A stretch of 64,000 bases of DNA. Origin: Macrostomum lignano (Eukaryota). The first letter of the stretch is position 1; each line of letters begins with the position of its first letter. Location of the stretch: assembly GCA_002269645.1 (NCBI GenBank), contig NIVC01003680.1, forward strand, positions 19,161 through 83,160, given 5' to 3'. Positions 52,700 to 63,434 of this stretch are shown here, one piece after another. The notes under the pieces are model-generated. The model was not told the DNA's origin and searched no databases. It worked only from the letters and a program-made list of their open reading frames with translations. The position numbers and the translations under genes are program-made.

Positions 52700-54400
52700 A
52701 TGCTCTCCAATTCCCGTCAAGAATACCCTCCAATGCCCCTCAAGAATACCCTCCAATGCCTGTCAAGAATACCCTCTAATGTCCGTCAAGAATACCCTCT
52801 AATGCCCGTCAAGAATACCCTCTAATGCCCGTCAAGAATACCCTCTAATGCCCGTCAAGAATACCCTCTAATGCCCGTCAAGAATACCCTCTAATGCCCG
52901 TCAAGAATACCCTCCAATGCCTGTCAAGAATACCCTCTAATGTCCGTCAAGAATACCCTCTAATGCCCGTCAAGAATACCCTCTAATGCCCGTCAAGAAT
53001 ACCCTCTAATGCCCGTCAAGAATACCCTCTAATGCCCGTCAAGAATACCCTTTAATGTCCGTCAAGAATACCCTCTAATGCCCGTCAAGAATACCCTCTA
53101 ATGTCCGTCAAGAATACCCTCCAATGCCCGTCAAGAATACCCTCTAATGCCCCTCAAGAATACTCTCTAATGCCCGTCAAGAATACCCTCCAATGCCCCT
53201 CAAGAATACCCTCCAATGCCCGTCAAGAATACCCTCTAATGCCCCTCAAGAATACCCTCCAATGCCTGTCAAGAATACCCTCTAATGCCCGTCAAGAATA
53301 CCCTCTAATGCCCCTCAAGAATACTCTCTAATGCCCGTCAAGAATACCCTCTAATGCCCCTCAAGAATACCCTCCAATTCCCGTCAAGAATACCCTCTAA
53401 TGCCCATCAAGAATACCCTCTAATGCCCGTCAAGAATACCCTTTAATGTCCGTCAAGAATACCCTCTAATGCCCGTCAAGAATACCCTCTAATGTCCGTC
53501 AAGAATACCCTCCAATGCCCGTCAAGAATACCCTCTAATGCCCCTCAAGAATACTCTCTAATGTCCGTCAAGAATACCCTCTAATGCCCGTCAAGAATAC
53601 CCTCTAATGCCCGTCAAGAATACCCTCTAATGCCCCTCAAGAATACCCTCCAATGCCTGTCAAGAATACCCTCTAATGCCCGTCAAGAATACCCTCTAAT
53701 GCCCCTCAAGAATACTCTCTAATGCCCGTCAAGAATACCCTCCAATGCCCCTCAAGAATACCCTCCAATGCCCGTCAAGAATACCCTCTAATGCCCGTCA
53801 AGAATACCCTCCAATGCCTGTCAAGAATACCCTCTAATGCCCGTCAAGAATACCCTCTAATGCCCCTCAAGAATACCCTCTAATGTCTGTCAAGAATACC
53901 CTCCAATGCCCGTCAAAAATACCCTCTAATGCCCCTCAAGAATACCCTCCAATTCCCGTCAAGAATACCCTCTAATGCCCATCAAGAATACCCTCTAATG
54001 CCCGTCAAGAATACCCTCTAATGCCTGTCAAGAATACCCTCTAATGCCCGTCAAGAATACCCTCTAATGCCCGTCAAGAATACCCTCTAATGCCCGTCAA
54101 GAATACCCTCTAATGCCCCTCAAGAAAACCCTCCAATGCCTGTCAAGAATACCCTCTAATGCCCCTCAAGAATACCCTCTAATGCCCGTCAAGAAAACCC
54201 TCCAATGCCCCTCAAGAAAACCCTCCAATGCCCCTCAAGAAAACCCTCCAATGCCTGTCAAGAATACCCTCCAATGCCCCTCAAGAAAACCCTCCAATGC
54301 CTGTCAAGAATACCCTCCAATGCCCCTCAAGAATACCCTCCAATGCCCCTCAAGAATACCCTCTAATGCCCATCAAGATTACCTTCCCTCCGACAACCCC
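52700..54400. repeat. 23-bp satellite AAGAATACCCTCTAATGCCCGTC
   Basis: About 1.7 kb, more than 70 units. Confidence 0.97.
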
Positions 54401-54630
54401 AAGAATACCATCCGATAACCCAAGCATACCCTTCAATTCCCCCGGGATATCATTCGATACCTCAATAATACCCATTTGATACCACTAGAATACCCTTTCC
54501 ATAACCATTGAATAAATACCCTAAGCAACTATTCCGCCGATGCCGCCGCTGCCCCCATGTCCTTACAGTTAATTAATTAGTTAACTACTAGTAACTAGCT
54601 TGTTAGCCTTCCTCGCATTCCCATCCCTCC

Positions 54631-55548
54631 ATGCCGGCCATGGACAACAGCGGCACTCTGACCAGCGCCCAGGATCCGCAGTCGCAGCGGTCTCGCGTAT
54701 TCGTTGGCAATTTAAACACCGCCCAGATGAGCCGCAACGAACTGGAGCAGCGATTCTGCCGCTACGGCACTGTGCTGGGCATCTCGGTGCACAAAGGCTT
54801 CGGCTTCGTTCAATTCGCCGAGGAATGGTCGGCCCGGGCCGCCGTGCAGGGCGAGGACGGCCAGGTGTACCACGGCATGCGCATCGACGCCAACATCGCC
54901 AGCGAGCCGAAGATGCGTCGCGGCACCAGCGGGGGCAGCATGTCCGGCCAGCCAGCCATCAAGCGGGCCAGACAGGATCTGACCTCGTCAACAACGCCCT
55001 CTGTGCCATCGTTGAACTCGTCTTCGTCCGGTTCGATGATGGCCCGCAAGGCCAGCAATCTGGTGTCGCTGGTGAAGCCGTCCAACCCGGTGCCGGAGGT
55101 GCAGCCGGAGAAACGGCCGACACTGAACGATCCGACAGTGAAAGACCTGCTGGTGTGCGGCAACTGCAAGGAGCTGCTGCCCAGCCTGGAGAAGCTGAGC
55201 GCGCACAAGCAGGCCGGCTGTCGGCTGCGCCTGGTGTGCCGCTGTCTGCAGACTGGCGAGCCAGTTAGCATGGACTGCAGCTACTGCGGTGCCGGCTTCG
55301 CCTCCGCCTGGGAGCTGCTGGTGCACTGTCGCGATGAGCACGATCTGTTGCTGTTCGGCTCGCCGAGTACCGCTTCTTCTGCCGCTGCTCCTCCTGTTGC
55401 TGCTGCTGTTGCTGCTTCAACTGGCGGTTCGGGCAGCGCAGCCGCTTCGTCCGCTGCGGCTTTGGCGCCGTCTGTGAACTCGACGACTGTTGTAGCTGCT
55501 GCTGCGGTCTCTGGCAATGCCGCCAAATCCGAAACCAATGGCCAGTAG
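54631..55548 (+). CDS. hnRNP-C/RALY-type RRM protein with BCL11-like CCHC and C2H2 zinc fingers, 305 aa, single coding exon
   Basis: RRM SRVFVGNLNT...HKGFGFVQF...IDANIASEPK (hnRNP C: SRVFIGNLNT...HKGFAFVQY...LDINLAAEPK). DLLVCGNCK...HKQAGC and CSYCGAGFASAWELLVHCRDEH resemble the first two BCL11A fingers. Ala-rich tail. Confidence 0.88.
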   Translation: MPAMDNSGTLTSAQDPQSQRSRVFVGNLNTAQMSRNELEQRFCRYGTVLGISVHKGFGFVQFAEEWSARAAVQGEDGQVYHGMRIDANIASEPKMRRGTSGGSMSGQPAIKRARQDLTSSTTPSVPSLNSSSSGSMMARKASNLVSLVKPSNPVPEVQPEKRPTLNDPTVKDLLVCGNCKELLPSLEKLSAHKQAGCRLRLVCRCLQTGEPVSMDCSYCGAGFASAWELLVHCRDEHDLLLFGSPSTASSAAAPPVAAAVAASTGGSGSAAASSAAALAPSVNSTTVVAAAAVSGNAAKSETNGQ

Positions 55549-57005
55549 CTGGCCTGGCCCACGTACAGTTCTGAGTTGAGCATTGAGTTATGCCTCCGAA
55601 TTGGTTTGTACAAGTATGATGCCTATTTGTTTTCTGTCGTCACCTTTTATTTTATTAATAAGCAGCTAAAATACTTATCTATATAAATAAGTTACAGGCC
55701 TCGTTTGATTGCACGAATCCTACGTGTATGCTATTGATACTACTTAAGAATTCGAAAATTTAAGTAGCAATATGCGAGCGCAAAGTTGTGCAAAATTATC
55801 TTTGCTTATTACATTATTCTTTGTAGTCGTATTTGTATAGGAAAGTTCGCGGAAATGCAGCACTTGAAATTAAATATAATCTACTTACAGTAGCAAGCCT
55901 GCGCATTGTTGCGATCTGCACTGCTGTGTACCGGTTTGTTCATAAAAATTAACTCTCTATCCCATCATGCTAACCAAATACATTCTTCAATGTGGAAAGT
56001 CAAATTTCTAGCTCCTGTGCATTAACTACTACTATTACTACAATTATTAGCATATTTTTATTTTCGGAATTGTCTCTGATCAACTGATTACGGTGTGCAA
56101 ATTTTACTTAAGAGGCACACGTTTTGTTTTCAATTTTTTCTTCTTTTATTATATACTCGAAGTACGGATTTGGATTAGCAGGGCTTTCAGTCTCTCACTA
56201 CCTCAGGTTGGCAGCTGTTAATTGCCTTTATCGATTCGACCTTTATTGATCTTGCCAATTTCATTGGCTTTTTACTACGCCGTCTTCTGAACACTGAAGT
56301 TCGATTTGCTCTGCTCAACCGCCAAGTTTACCTGTTTTTACTGGCCTCCTTTCGTCCGGTTCCTGGCCGTTTCTTATTCGACTCTCGAATCGTTCGATTC
56401 GATCTTGATTGTCAATCCAGCGAGCTCTAGGCCGAACTATAACTGCGGCTGCTCATTCAATTGCAAGACATTACTGATTGTGTTTCATTTATGCTTTCCC
56501 GCGCGTTTTAAATTGATAGATTGCAAGCATTTAGACACTGTATTTATTCGCTATAATTAATAATTCAGCACAGCTAGCGGACGGGCCGGCGCAGAAGCTG
56601 TCAAGGTGTCAGTAGAGCCTGCAATGCGCGGACTGCATTGCTGATCAATCAACTCAGTCAGTCGGCTGTCTTCGTTTTTTGCGCGATTTTTTCAGTAGAT
56701 AGAAATGGTTTTTTTAGTCTGAAAACTATTGATGGATATGTACTTTTACCTGCTCATATCAGTACTTCAATAGTAGGTTTGCTTCTCACATCTAATGACA
56801 TTATGATCAAAAGATATGATCAAGTTCTTTTAGATTGCTTAACTGACTGTCATATAGATGGCATGAATATACTGTATATTTTCCTATTAAAATCTTGTTA
56901 AGTGTGCATCACATTCAACCTTATTTAATCAGGTCGTCTTCCTTCGGCATACAGATTTATGCAAAACCAGCTGTCACATTGGGTAGCATTTATTGCACCT
57001 CCGCC

Positions 57006-58353
57006 TCAGATGTACAGAGAATCGTAATTGAAGTTCCACATGCCAGGCCAGTAGTAGCCTCTCTTGTCAGCGTTCCTGAAGTTCCACATGCCAGGCCAGT
57101 AGTAGCCTCTCTTGTCAGCGTTCCTGAAGTTCCACATGCCAGGCCAGTAGTAGCCTCTCTTGTCAGCGTTCCTGAATTTCCACATGCCAGGCCAGTAGTA
57201 GCCTCTCTTGTCAGCGTTCCTGAAGTTCCACATGCCAGGCCAGTAGTAGCCTCTCTTGTCAGCGTTCCTGAAGTTCCACATGCCAGGCCAGTAGTAGCCT
57301 CTCTTGTCAGCGTTCCTGAATTTCCACATGCCAGGCCAGTAGTAGCCTCTCTTGTCAGCGTTCCTGAAGTTCCACATGCCAGGCCAGTAGTAGCCTCTCT
57401 TGTCAGCGTTCCTGAAGTTCCACATGCCAGGCCAGTAGTAGCCTCTCTTGTCAGCGTTCCTGAAGTTCCACATGCCAGGCCAGTAGTAGCCTCTCTTGTC
57501 AGCATTCCTGAAGTTCCACATGCCAGGCCAGTAGTAGCCTCTCTTGTCAGCGTTCCTGAAGTTCCACATGCCAGGCCAGTAGTAGCCTCTCTTGTCAGCG
57601 TTCCTGAAGTTCCACATGCCAGGCCAGTAGTAGCCTCTCTTGTCAGCGTTCCTGAAGTTCCACATGCCAGGCCAGTAGTAGCCTCTCTTGTCAGCGTTCC
57701 TGAATTTCCACATGCCAGGCCAGTAGTAGCCTCTCTTGTCAGCGTTCCTGAAGTTCCACATGCCAGGCCAGTAGTAGCCTCTCTTGTCAGCGTTCCTGAA
57801 TTTCCACATGCGAGGCCAGTAGTAGCCTCTCTTGTCCTCATTGAATAGTCCGTGAGTGCCATTTGTCACTAGCATCAAAACCAGGATGGCAAAGCTGACA
57901 CTGATTAGCCTGTAGCACGAGGTAGATTTTGTTTTTTCGTTTAAATAGTCTGAAATGCAGATTTCTGCTCGAAGTTTGCAATTGATAACTTATAGGCTTA
58001 GTTGCTTTTACTTCGGCTGATACTGATCTAAGCAACTTATTGATGGCTGTTCCTTGCAGTCATTGCATGACAAGGTATGCCTCTATCGACTCATAGCGAA
58101 TTGGCTAATCTTATTCGTACAGTTAGGTGTACTTTCCAACTGAACTGGCTCTCGTACAAGCAGCTTTTCGGTTCTTTGACAGCTCGTATTTTTACTAGCA
58201 AAATTCGCCTTACATAATTTTCAGCTTTCAAAACGATCAATTGCAATTGCAATTTGTTGCAAGTCTTTTTAAATAAAACTACCCGAGTAAATCGCCAGCA
58301 AGATGTGATTTGTAAAATCCACATTGTACGACTTACATGCCTGGTTGCGCCAT
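57006..58353 (-). CDS. Secreted multi-copy peptide precursor (prohormone-like), 2 exons (58353-58337, 57909-57006), 306 aa
   Basis: ATG GCG CAA CCA GGC AT|GTAAGT ... GCTACAG|G CTA ATC gives MAQPGMLISVSFAILVLMLVTNGTHG (signal-peptide-like), then LFNED-KR and 17 KR-flanked peptides GYYWP(G/R)MW(N/K)F(RNAD/NYDSLYI). AATAAA follows 12 nt after the stop (56994-56989). Confidence 0.82.
57030..57835. repeat. 48-bp coding tandem repeat (peptide cassette of the precursor)
   Basis: About 16.7 near-identical units; unit length is a multiple of 3. Confidence 0.97.
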
Positions 58354-59461
58354 AGCTGTTGGGCCTTGCTTGGTTGAAATCAACAACAATAAATTAAACA
58401 GCTGGTGTCGTTCCGTATCTTGGGTTTGCTTTCTTAGTTTCTGCTAGCTTATTTTAAGCAGCTGGTATAGGTCCTTAACCAATCTCCGAACACCTTGAGC
58501 AGTCTCCTCCACAACTTGCCAGTTCGGGTATAGGAGTGCTCCCAACCAATGCGAAATTCTGCTGCCGGCAATGCAGAACTATTGACCTGAATGGAATCGA
58601 TATAGTTTTAACCAGTTTGCGTTAGCTGCAAAGAAGATACGAGCTAAATTACATTTATTCAGGTAATTCGACACCGGATAATCCGTCTTATGTTCTTTAT
58701 GCTGGGTGTAACTTATATGACCGGCATCTGTCCGTTTCAATTGGACTTCCAGTCCTCCTCCACATACCAGATCAAAGACATTGACATTGACTCAGTCACG
58801 GTCTCGGTAGATAAAGATTATTGGATTTCGGTCACAATAAGGAAGGGTTCGATGGACTGCAGGATATAGAACTCGTAGGAGCCATCTTTTTGAAAATCTT
58901 GGGCAGACACTTTCCTACGGTATTCATGGGTGATTCTGCTAGTTCTTCGACATAAGCCATGTTTCCCCGAGTGTAGCCCATGAACATGGCTAAGCAAGAT
59001 TTCTAGAGGTGTTTCTTAAAGACTTAAAAGATCGTGTGCTCAAACTTGTTAGATAATCCCAAGTTTTTTGTGCGAGCTCGTAATAAATGTACTCGTATTT
59101 GCGGCGACTTTAATCTTTGATGATTTCGGAAATACGAGTATCTTGCTGAGTCTAACAGATGCTTGTTCCAATTCTAACTTGCGACTTACATTTGCCATTC
59201 ACCAGACTTTACCGGATCCTGCTCATGCTACATCATTGATGCAGCAACACGACCTGATCAGATGAATTCAATCCATCCCAATTATTTACACTAAACTCAG
59301 TCAGAGTTGGCGAGTATTGCGCAGTGTACCTGCCGGTTTTCTGTTAACTTTGACAGCCAGCATGACAGATTGAGGCAGACGTCTTATCGAAATTCAATAA
59401 AAATGTCATGCTTGTATGCTCCGATAAATCAAACAAACAAATTATCAGCCTCCTCAGGCCA

Positions 59462-59906
59462 CAGATACTAAAATAACTAGATGAGCCGCTCAGGTATATA
59501 TACTCAGTAAAACAGTTTTTTACATGTACTTTTAGTTCAGTAGCAAAGAAGATTAAATTTCAGTATAAAAATAAAGGCGGCTGAAATGACTTTGATAAGT
59601 TTAAAAGCCAAGCTTGCAGGCGTAAACAACTTGCTCATTGGTTCAACAATAATGTACATTAGCCAGTCCACTGAAATGTACATGCAGCATTAGCTAGAAT
59701 TCCGAGAAAGGCCATAAAAATTGGGGCGGCGGGGCGGTGGGTAGTGTGGAAAGGCGCGGTTGGGGGGTTTTGGCTGAGGGTAAGAGCCAATAAAAGAGCA
59801 TTGGCTTTAAAAATACATTAAAATGCTTCTGTTTAACTTGCTACTGAACTGAAAGTAGTTTACACGCAAATGCTCTGAGTGGCCCATCTAGTTATTCTAG
59901 TATCTG
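59462..59906. mobile_element. MITE with terminal inverted repeats
   Basis: The left end CAGATACTAAAATAACTAGATGAGCCGCTCA is the reverse complement of the right end TGAGTGGCCCATCTAGTTATTCTAGTATCTG, with extended similarity (GTTCAGTAGCAA/TTGCTACTGAAC). No clear TSD. Confidence 0.8.
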
Positions 59907-60486
59907 CACGTGCCTCTGTCTGACTGGCTACTTCATGTTAATTACGCCTACGCGTAAAATTAAGTTCAAATATGTACTGTTCTTACTCTTGATTGAGACA
60001 CAAATATCATCTCCCACACTACACTATCGAGTGCGGATCATCTCCAAATGGAAATATTAGGCTTAGTTGATTATTAAAAACTGAGCAAACTCACTGTAGA
60101 AGTGTCTAGAAAGTGAACCAGAAACTGCCGCTCCAGTTTTCAGTCGGCGAGTCTCAGTAAGACTCACATTTTGCGCTTGTTTTGACATACAAAAAGGAAT
60201 TCAGAAATCCTGATTTGCTTCCTCTGTTTGTCCGCAAACTCGACTGCGCGCTTCTGTAATCAGAGATGACTAAACATGGAACAAAAACGCGCGATGTAGA
60301 TCCAGAATAAAGATAAAGGTTGATATCAAATTTACAGCTCAACTTACGCATACCCCCTATATTTTCTCAAAGAGCTTGAGAAACAAAAGCTCGTTAATTA
60401 ATCCCTCAACGCAGGAAGTTAGGAAACAGGTAGTCGGTTAATATGCATACTTCATCTTTTCAGTCAAGCTCTATAACAAGCGGTTA

Positions 60487-60780
60487 GAGGTTTTATCCTA
60501 GTGGTCAGAGCGTCAGACTCACGACTGGAAGGTCGGGGGTTCGATTTCCGATCCCACTCGGAACATTTATGTCCTTGAGCAAGACACTTACATGTAACTC
60601 TGCATTGCTTCAGTTCACTTAGCTGTAAAATGGGTGCCAGCATTAGCTGGGGTAATTGAGGCTGTGTGTGGCGACCCCCCAGTCCTTGGACTGAACAGCC
60701 GTACGCAGCCTTCAGATGCGCCGCGCAATAGCTGCGGCTGAGCTGTCGGTTGCGCACATCTGAGGTTAGATATATTAGAT
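60487..60780 (+). mobile_element. tRNA-derived CORE-like SINE
   Basis: TAGTGGTCAGAGCG A box and GGTTCGATTTCC B box, then TGTCCTTGAGCAAGACACTTA...TTGCTTCAGTTCACTTAGCTGTAAAATGGGT, which resembles the CORE domain (MIR: GACCTTGGGCAAGTCACTTAA...CTCAGTTTCCTCATCTGTAAAATGGG). Confidence 0.75.
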
Positions 60781-61951
60781 AACGAAATCTAATTAGCGGA
60801 ATCAGATTGCACAGTCCCTACCTACCGACTGGTCCGTACGCAGTTTCATAATCTAGGTCCTTTGATATACTACTGGCCTGCTGAATACTACTGAATATTT
60901 CTGCTGACTATAAATAATCAGGCAGTCAGGCATTGTCCCTAGGAAAAACAGTATTGAAATAATCGATAAATGAAGCACAGATTGAGAAATTCATATCTAG
61001 ACAGGCTTACGAAAAAAAGTATTTTGTACCGAGAGAAAGTTTTTATTGCATTCGATCTGTCAGGCTCTTTGATCGAGTAGTACTTGGCTGGGTATCAACT
61101 TCCTTCGAACTGCTCGCAAGGCTTCGCCTCTCTGTAAATCTGCATTGAAATTTGTTGATATTAAAATATTGGTGATTATTCAAGTTAAGCACGGAGCTGC
61201 AGGATAATTGGGGAGAAATATATGAGCACAGAGATGAGCTCATAGCAGAATATGAACATAATTACAAGTACATACAAAAATGCCTAGATAACAGCTGAGT
61301 ATGACATCATGTAAGCAGGTGCTAATAGACAAAATGGACCAATTTTTATAGAGAGTTAACTGTGCAGGTGGGGCCTGTGCAGTTAAGATTCACAAACGGA
61401 TAAAGAATAAACAACTTGATCTTTTTATATCAGCAGAAAAAACTAAATAGCGACAGACGGACAGACAACAGACGATCAAGACCCTGCATTGTCTAAACTG
61501 TGAACAACACCATCTACAGTGTATATAAATATGAATTAATAGTTCTAAGCTATATCACTACAGCAGCTTGTGCAACTCTCAGATGCGTGCAATAAAACAA
61601 TTTATATATCAGTATTGATATGCAGGATAGCAAAGCTTTGTCAATAAGACAATAAGTCATGTTTCTTATTTTTAATCAGAAATTTATTGAATAATTACAC
61701 GAGGACTATAACAAAGCCGCGAAAGCAGATTTCTTCAATTAATGGCTGCGATGATTTAGGATACTAGATCTCCGGGACACAGTGATAGACAGAGCAGAAG
61801 AGAAACTCTAACTTGTATCTGTATTTATTATAAACACAAAAGTGACTCATATATAAGAAGTAAGAACAATAAGATTAAAAAAGTGTTTTTTTGTCGAAAT
61901 AACTCTCCGCAAAGTTCCGCGCTCTTTTTTAATTTTGATTGACAGCTCAGC

Positions 61952-63338
61952 TCACCCGCCGCAGCCGCCGCAGCCGCCGCAACCGCCGCCACAGCCGCCG
62001 CCGCAGCCGCCACAACCGCCGCAGCCGCCACAACCGCCGCAGCCTCCGCAGCCGCCGCAACCGCCAGCGTCTCCTCCGTCGCCCCCGTCGCCGCCAGCGT
62101 CGCCTCCGTCGCCGACAGCGCCGCCAACGCAACCGCCGCAGGAGCCGCTGTTGATGACGCACTTGTAATAAGCATTCGATGGCACCCAGGTGTCGTAGAG
62201 AAACCCGGCCGCCAGGCACATCGCGAAGCTGTCGGATTCCACCCTCTTGACGCGCTTGTCCCGCGATTCTGCAGCGATCTGGCGCTCGGCTTCGGCACCC
62301 CGACTACACGGGCCTGGTCCGTCGCGCCGAATGGTGGCGGCGCCTCCGCCGGCACCGGGGCGTTGCTGTCCACCGGGTTCTGGCGCTCGCGCACCTGATG
62401 TGAGTTTCATTGAATTGTGAATTCAAACTGCTGTTCATGCTAATCTTACTACTGGTCAGTAGTCAGAAGCCACTAGAATTCCTACACCGCAGGAACATTT
62501 TTCGATTTCATAGAAACTTTTCATATTTGGTAGTCGCTCAGTCTTGATGAGATTCATCATTTTGGTGTTCCAGCTTTTTTACGAGTACCAGAGGCAGGTC
62601 TGTGTGCACCCTGGCGCACTTTAAGAGACATTGTCACACAACCGGAGAGAGACATTACTGCCCATTCCGCCGACTCCCCTGAGCAGGCACACACACAGGA
62701 GTGTACAGCGGCCCTAACTTTATTTATCGTTGGGCATGTACATGTCACTGAGCCTTGGGGTTGGCCCTCAAAGTCGTTAATCGCACGAGCAGAGCCAAGC
62801 CGAGATTCCAATTTAGCCCCAAATTAATGTGGACTGCACTTGGAATCGAGCCTGGGCCGCTGGCACACCAGAGCGCCTTGGGGTGGTCCCGGTTTGGTTC
62901 AACACCGCAGCCTGCGGCTCACCGTTCTCGGCTGGCACAGAACCTCCAGCGTGGCGCGCAGAAGGCGGCACAGACCAGCTGGCCGACGTCCTTGCAGCTG
63001 GCCGATACGGACACGACGCCGGACTTCAAGTCCACCGACATGTCGCGCACGGTGATCTTCATGTGGCCGAGGTCGTCCGGCAGGTTGCGCTGCTCCATGG
63101 CCGGCAGAGCCCCGGATTTTCGCGGGCGCGCAGGCCGTTGAAGCGCAGCTGCAGGCAGCCCGGACTGCCGGCTGGCGCGGGACGCCGCGCGAGACGCCTT
63201 TGACGCCTGGCTTGCCGGGACGCCTTTGCGGAAGCCGATCCAGGTGCCCTGCACTACGCCCCAGTCTCCCAGGTGGTCCTTGACCAGGAAGGCTCGCTGC
63301 ATGCGGGCAACGTCGAGCGCGATGCACTGTTTAGACAC
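61952..63338 (-). CDS. Glycine-rich-domain-containing protein (GRDP-like), last two exons (63338-62923, 62394-61952), several apparent frameshifts
   Basis: Pieces in shifting frames read GDWGVVQGTWIGFRKGVP / GKPGVKG...GSPGCL / VDLKSGVVSV...VCAAF / ATLEVLCQPR and FAMCLAAGFLYDTWVPSNAYY, followed by a (GGC)n Gly-Cys tail typical of GRDPs. Splice sites are canonical; upstream exons lie beyond the window. Confidence 0.62.
62590..62875 (-). mobile_element. tRNA-derived SINE, family A copy 2 (5' end degenerate), in the GRDP-like intron
   Basis: Colinear with 7085-7420. Confidence 0.85.
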
Positions 63339-63434
63339 CTGCAGCAGGCGGGGGTCAGTTGTGCTGATTCAAGTGCAACTTTAGCTTTTAAACGCATGCT
63401 GATGAGCTTTGTGTCAAGAAGAAAAAGTCTTTTT

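Noticed and set aside
53101-54479. PSRIPSNA/PLKNTLQC ORFs
   Set aside because: Artefacts of the 23-bp satellite.
51947-55613. Antisense or overlapping ORFs on RPL35, the RRM gene, MIB1, CNPase and cGLR exons
   Set aside because: Shadow ORFs expected opposite GC-rich coding sequence; no independent motifs.
56895-57862. Alternative readings of the 48-bp array: + strand 317-aa (EVPHARPVVASLVSVP)n and - strand (TREATTGLACGTSGTL)n ORFs
   Set aside because: Neither has a spliced start, signal peptide or processing sites. The KR-containing frame has all three plus a downstream AATAAA.
58500-59050. Coding-looking sequence upstream of the precursor
   Set aside because: Only short frames with internal stops on both strands; no family recognised.
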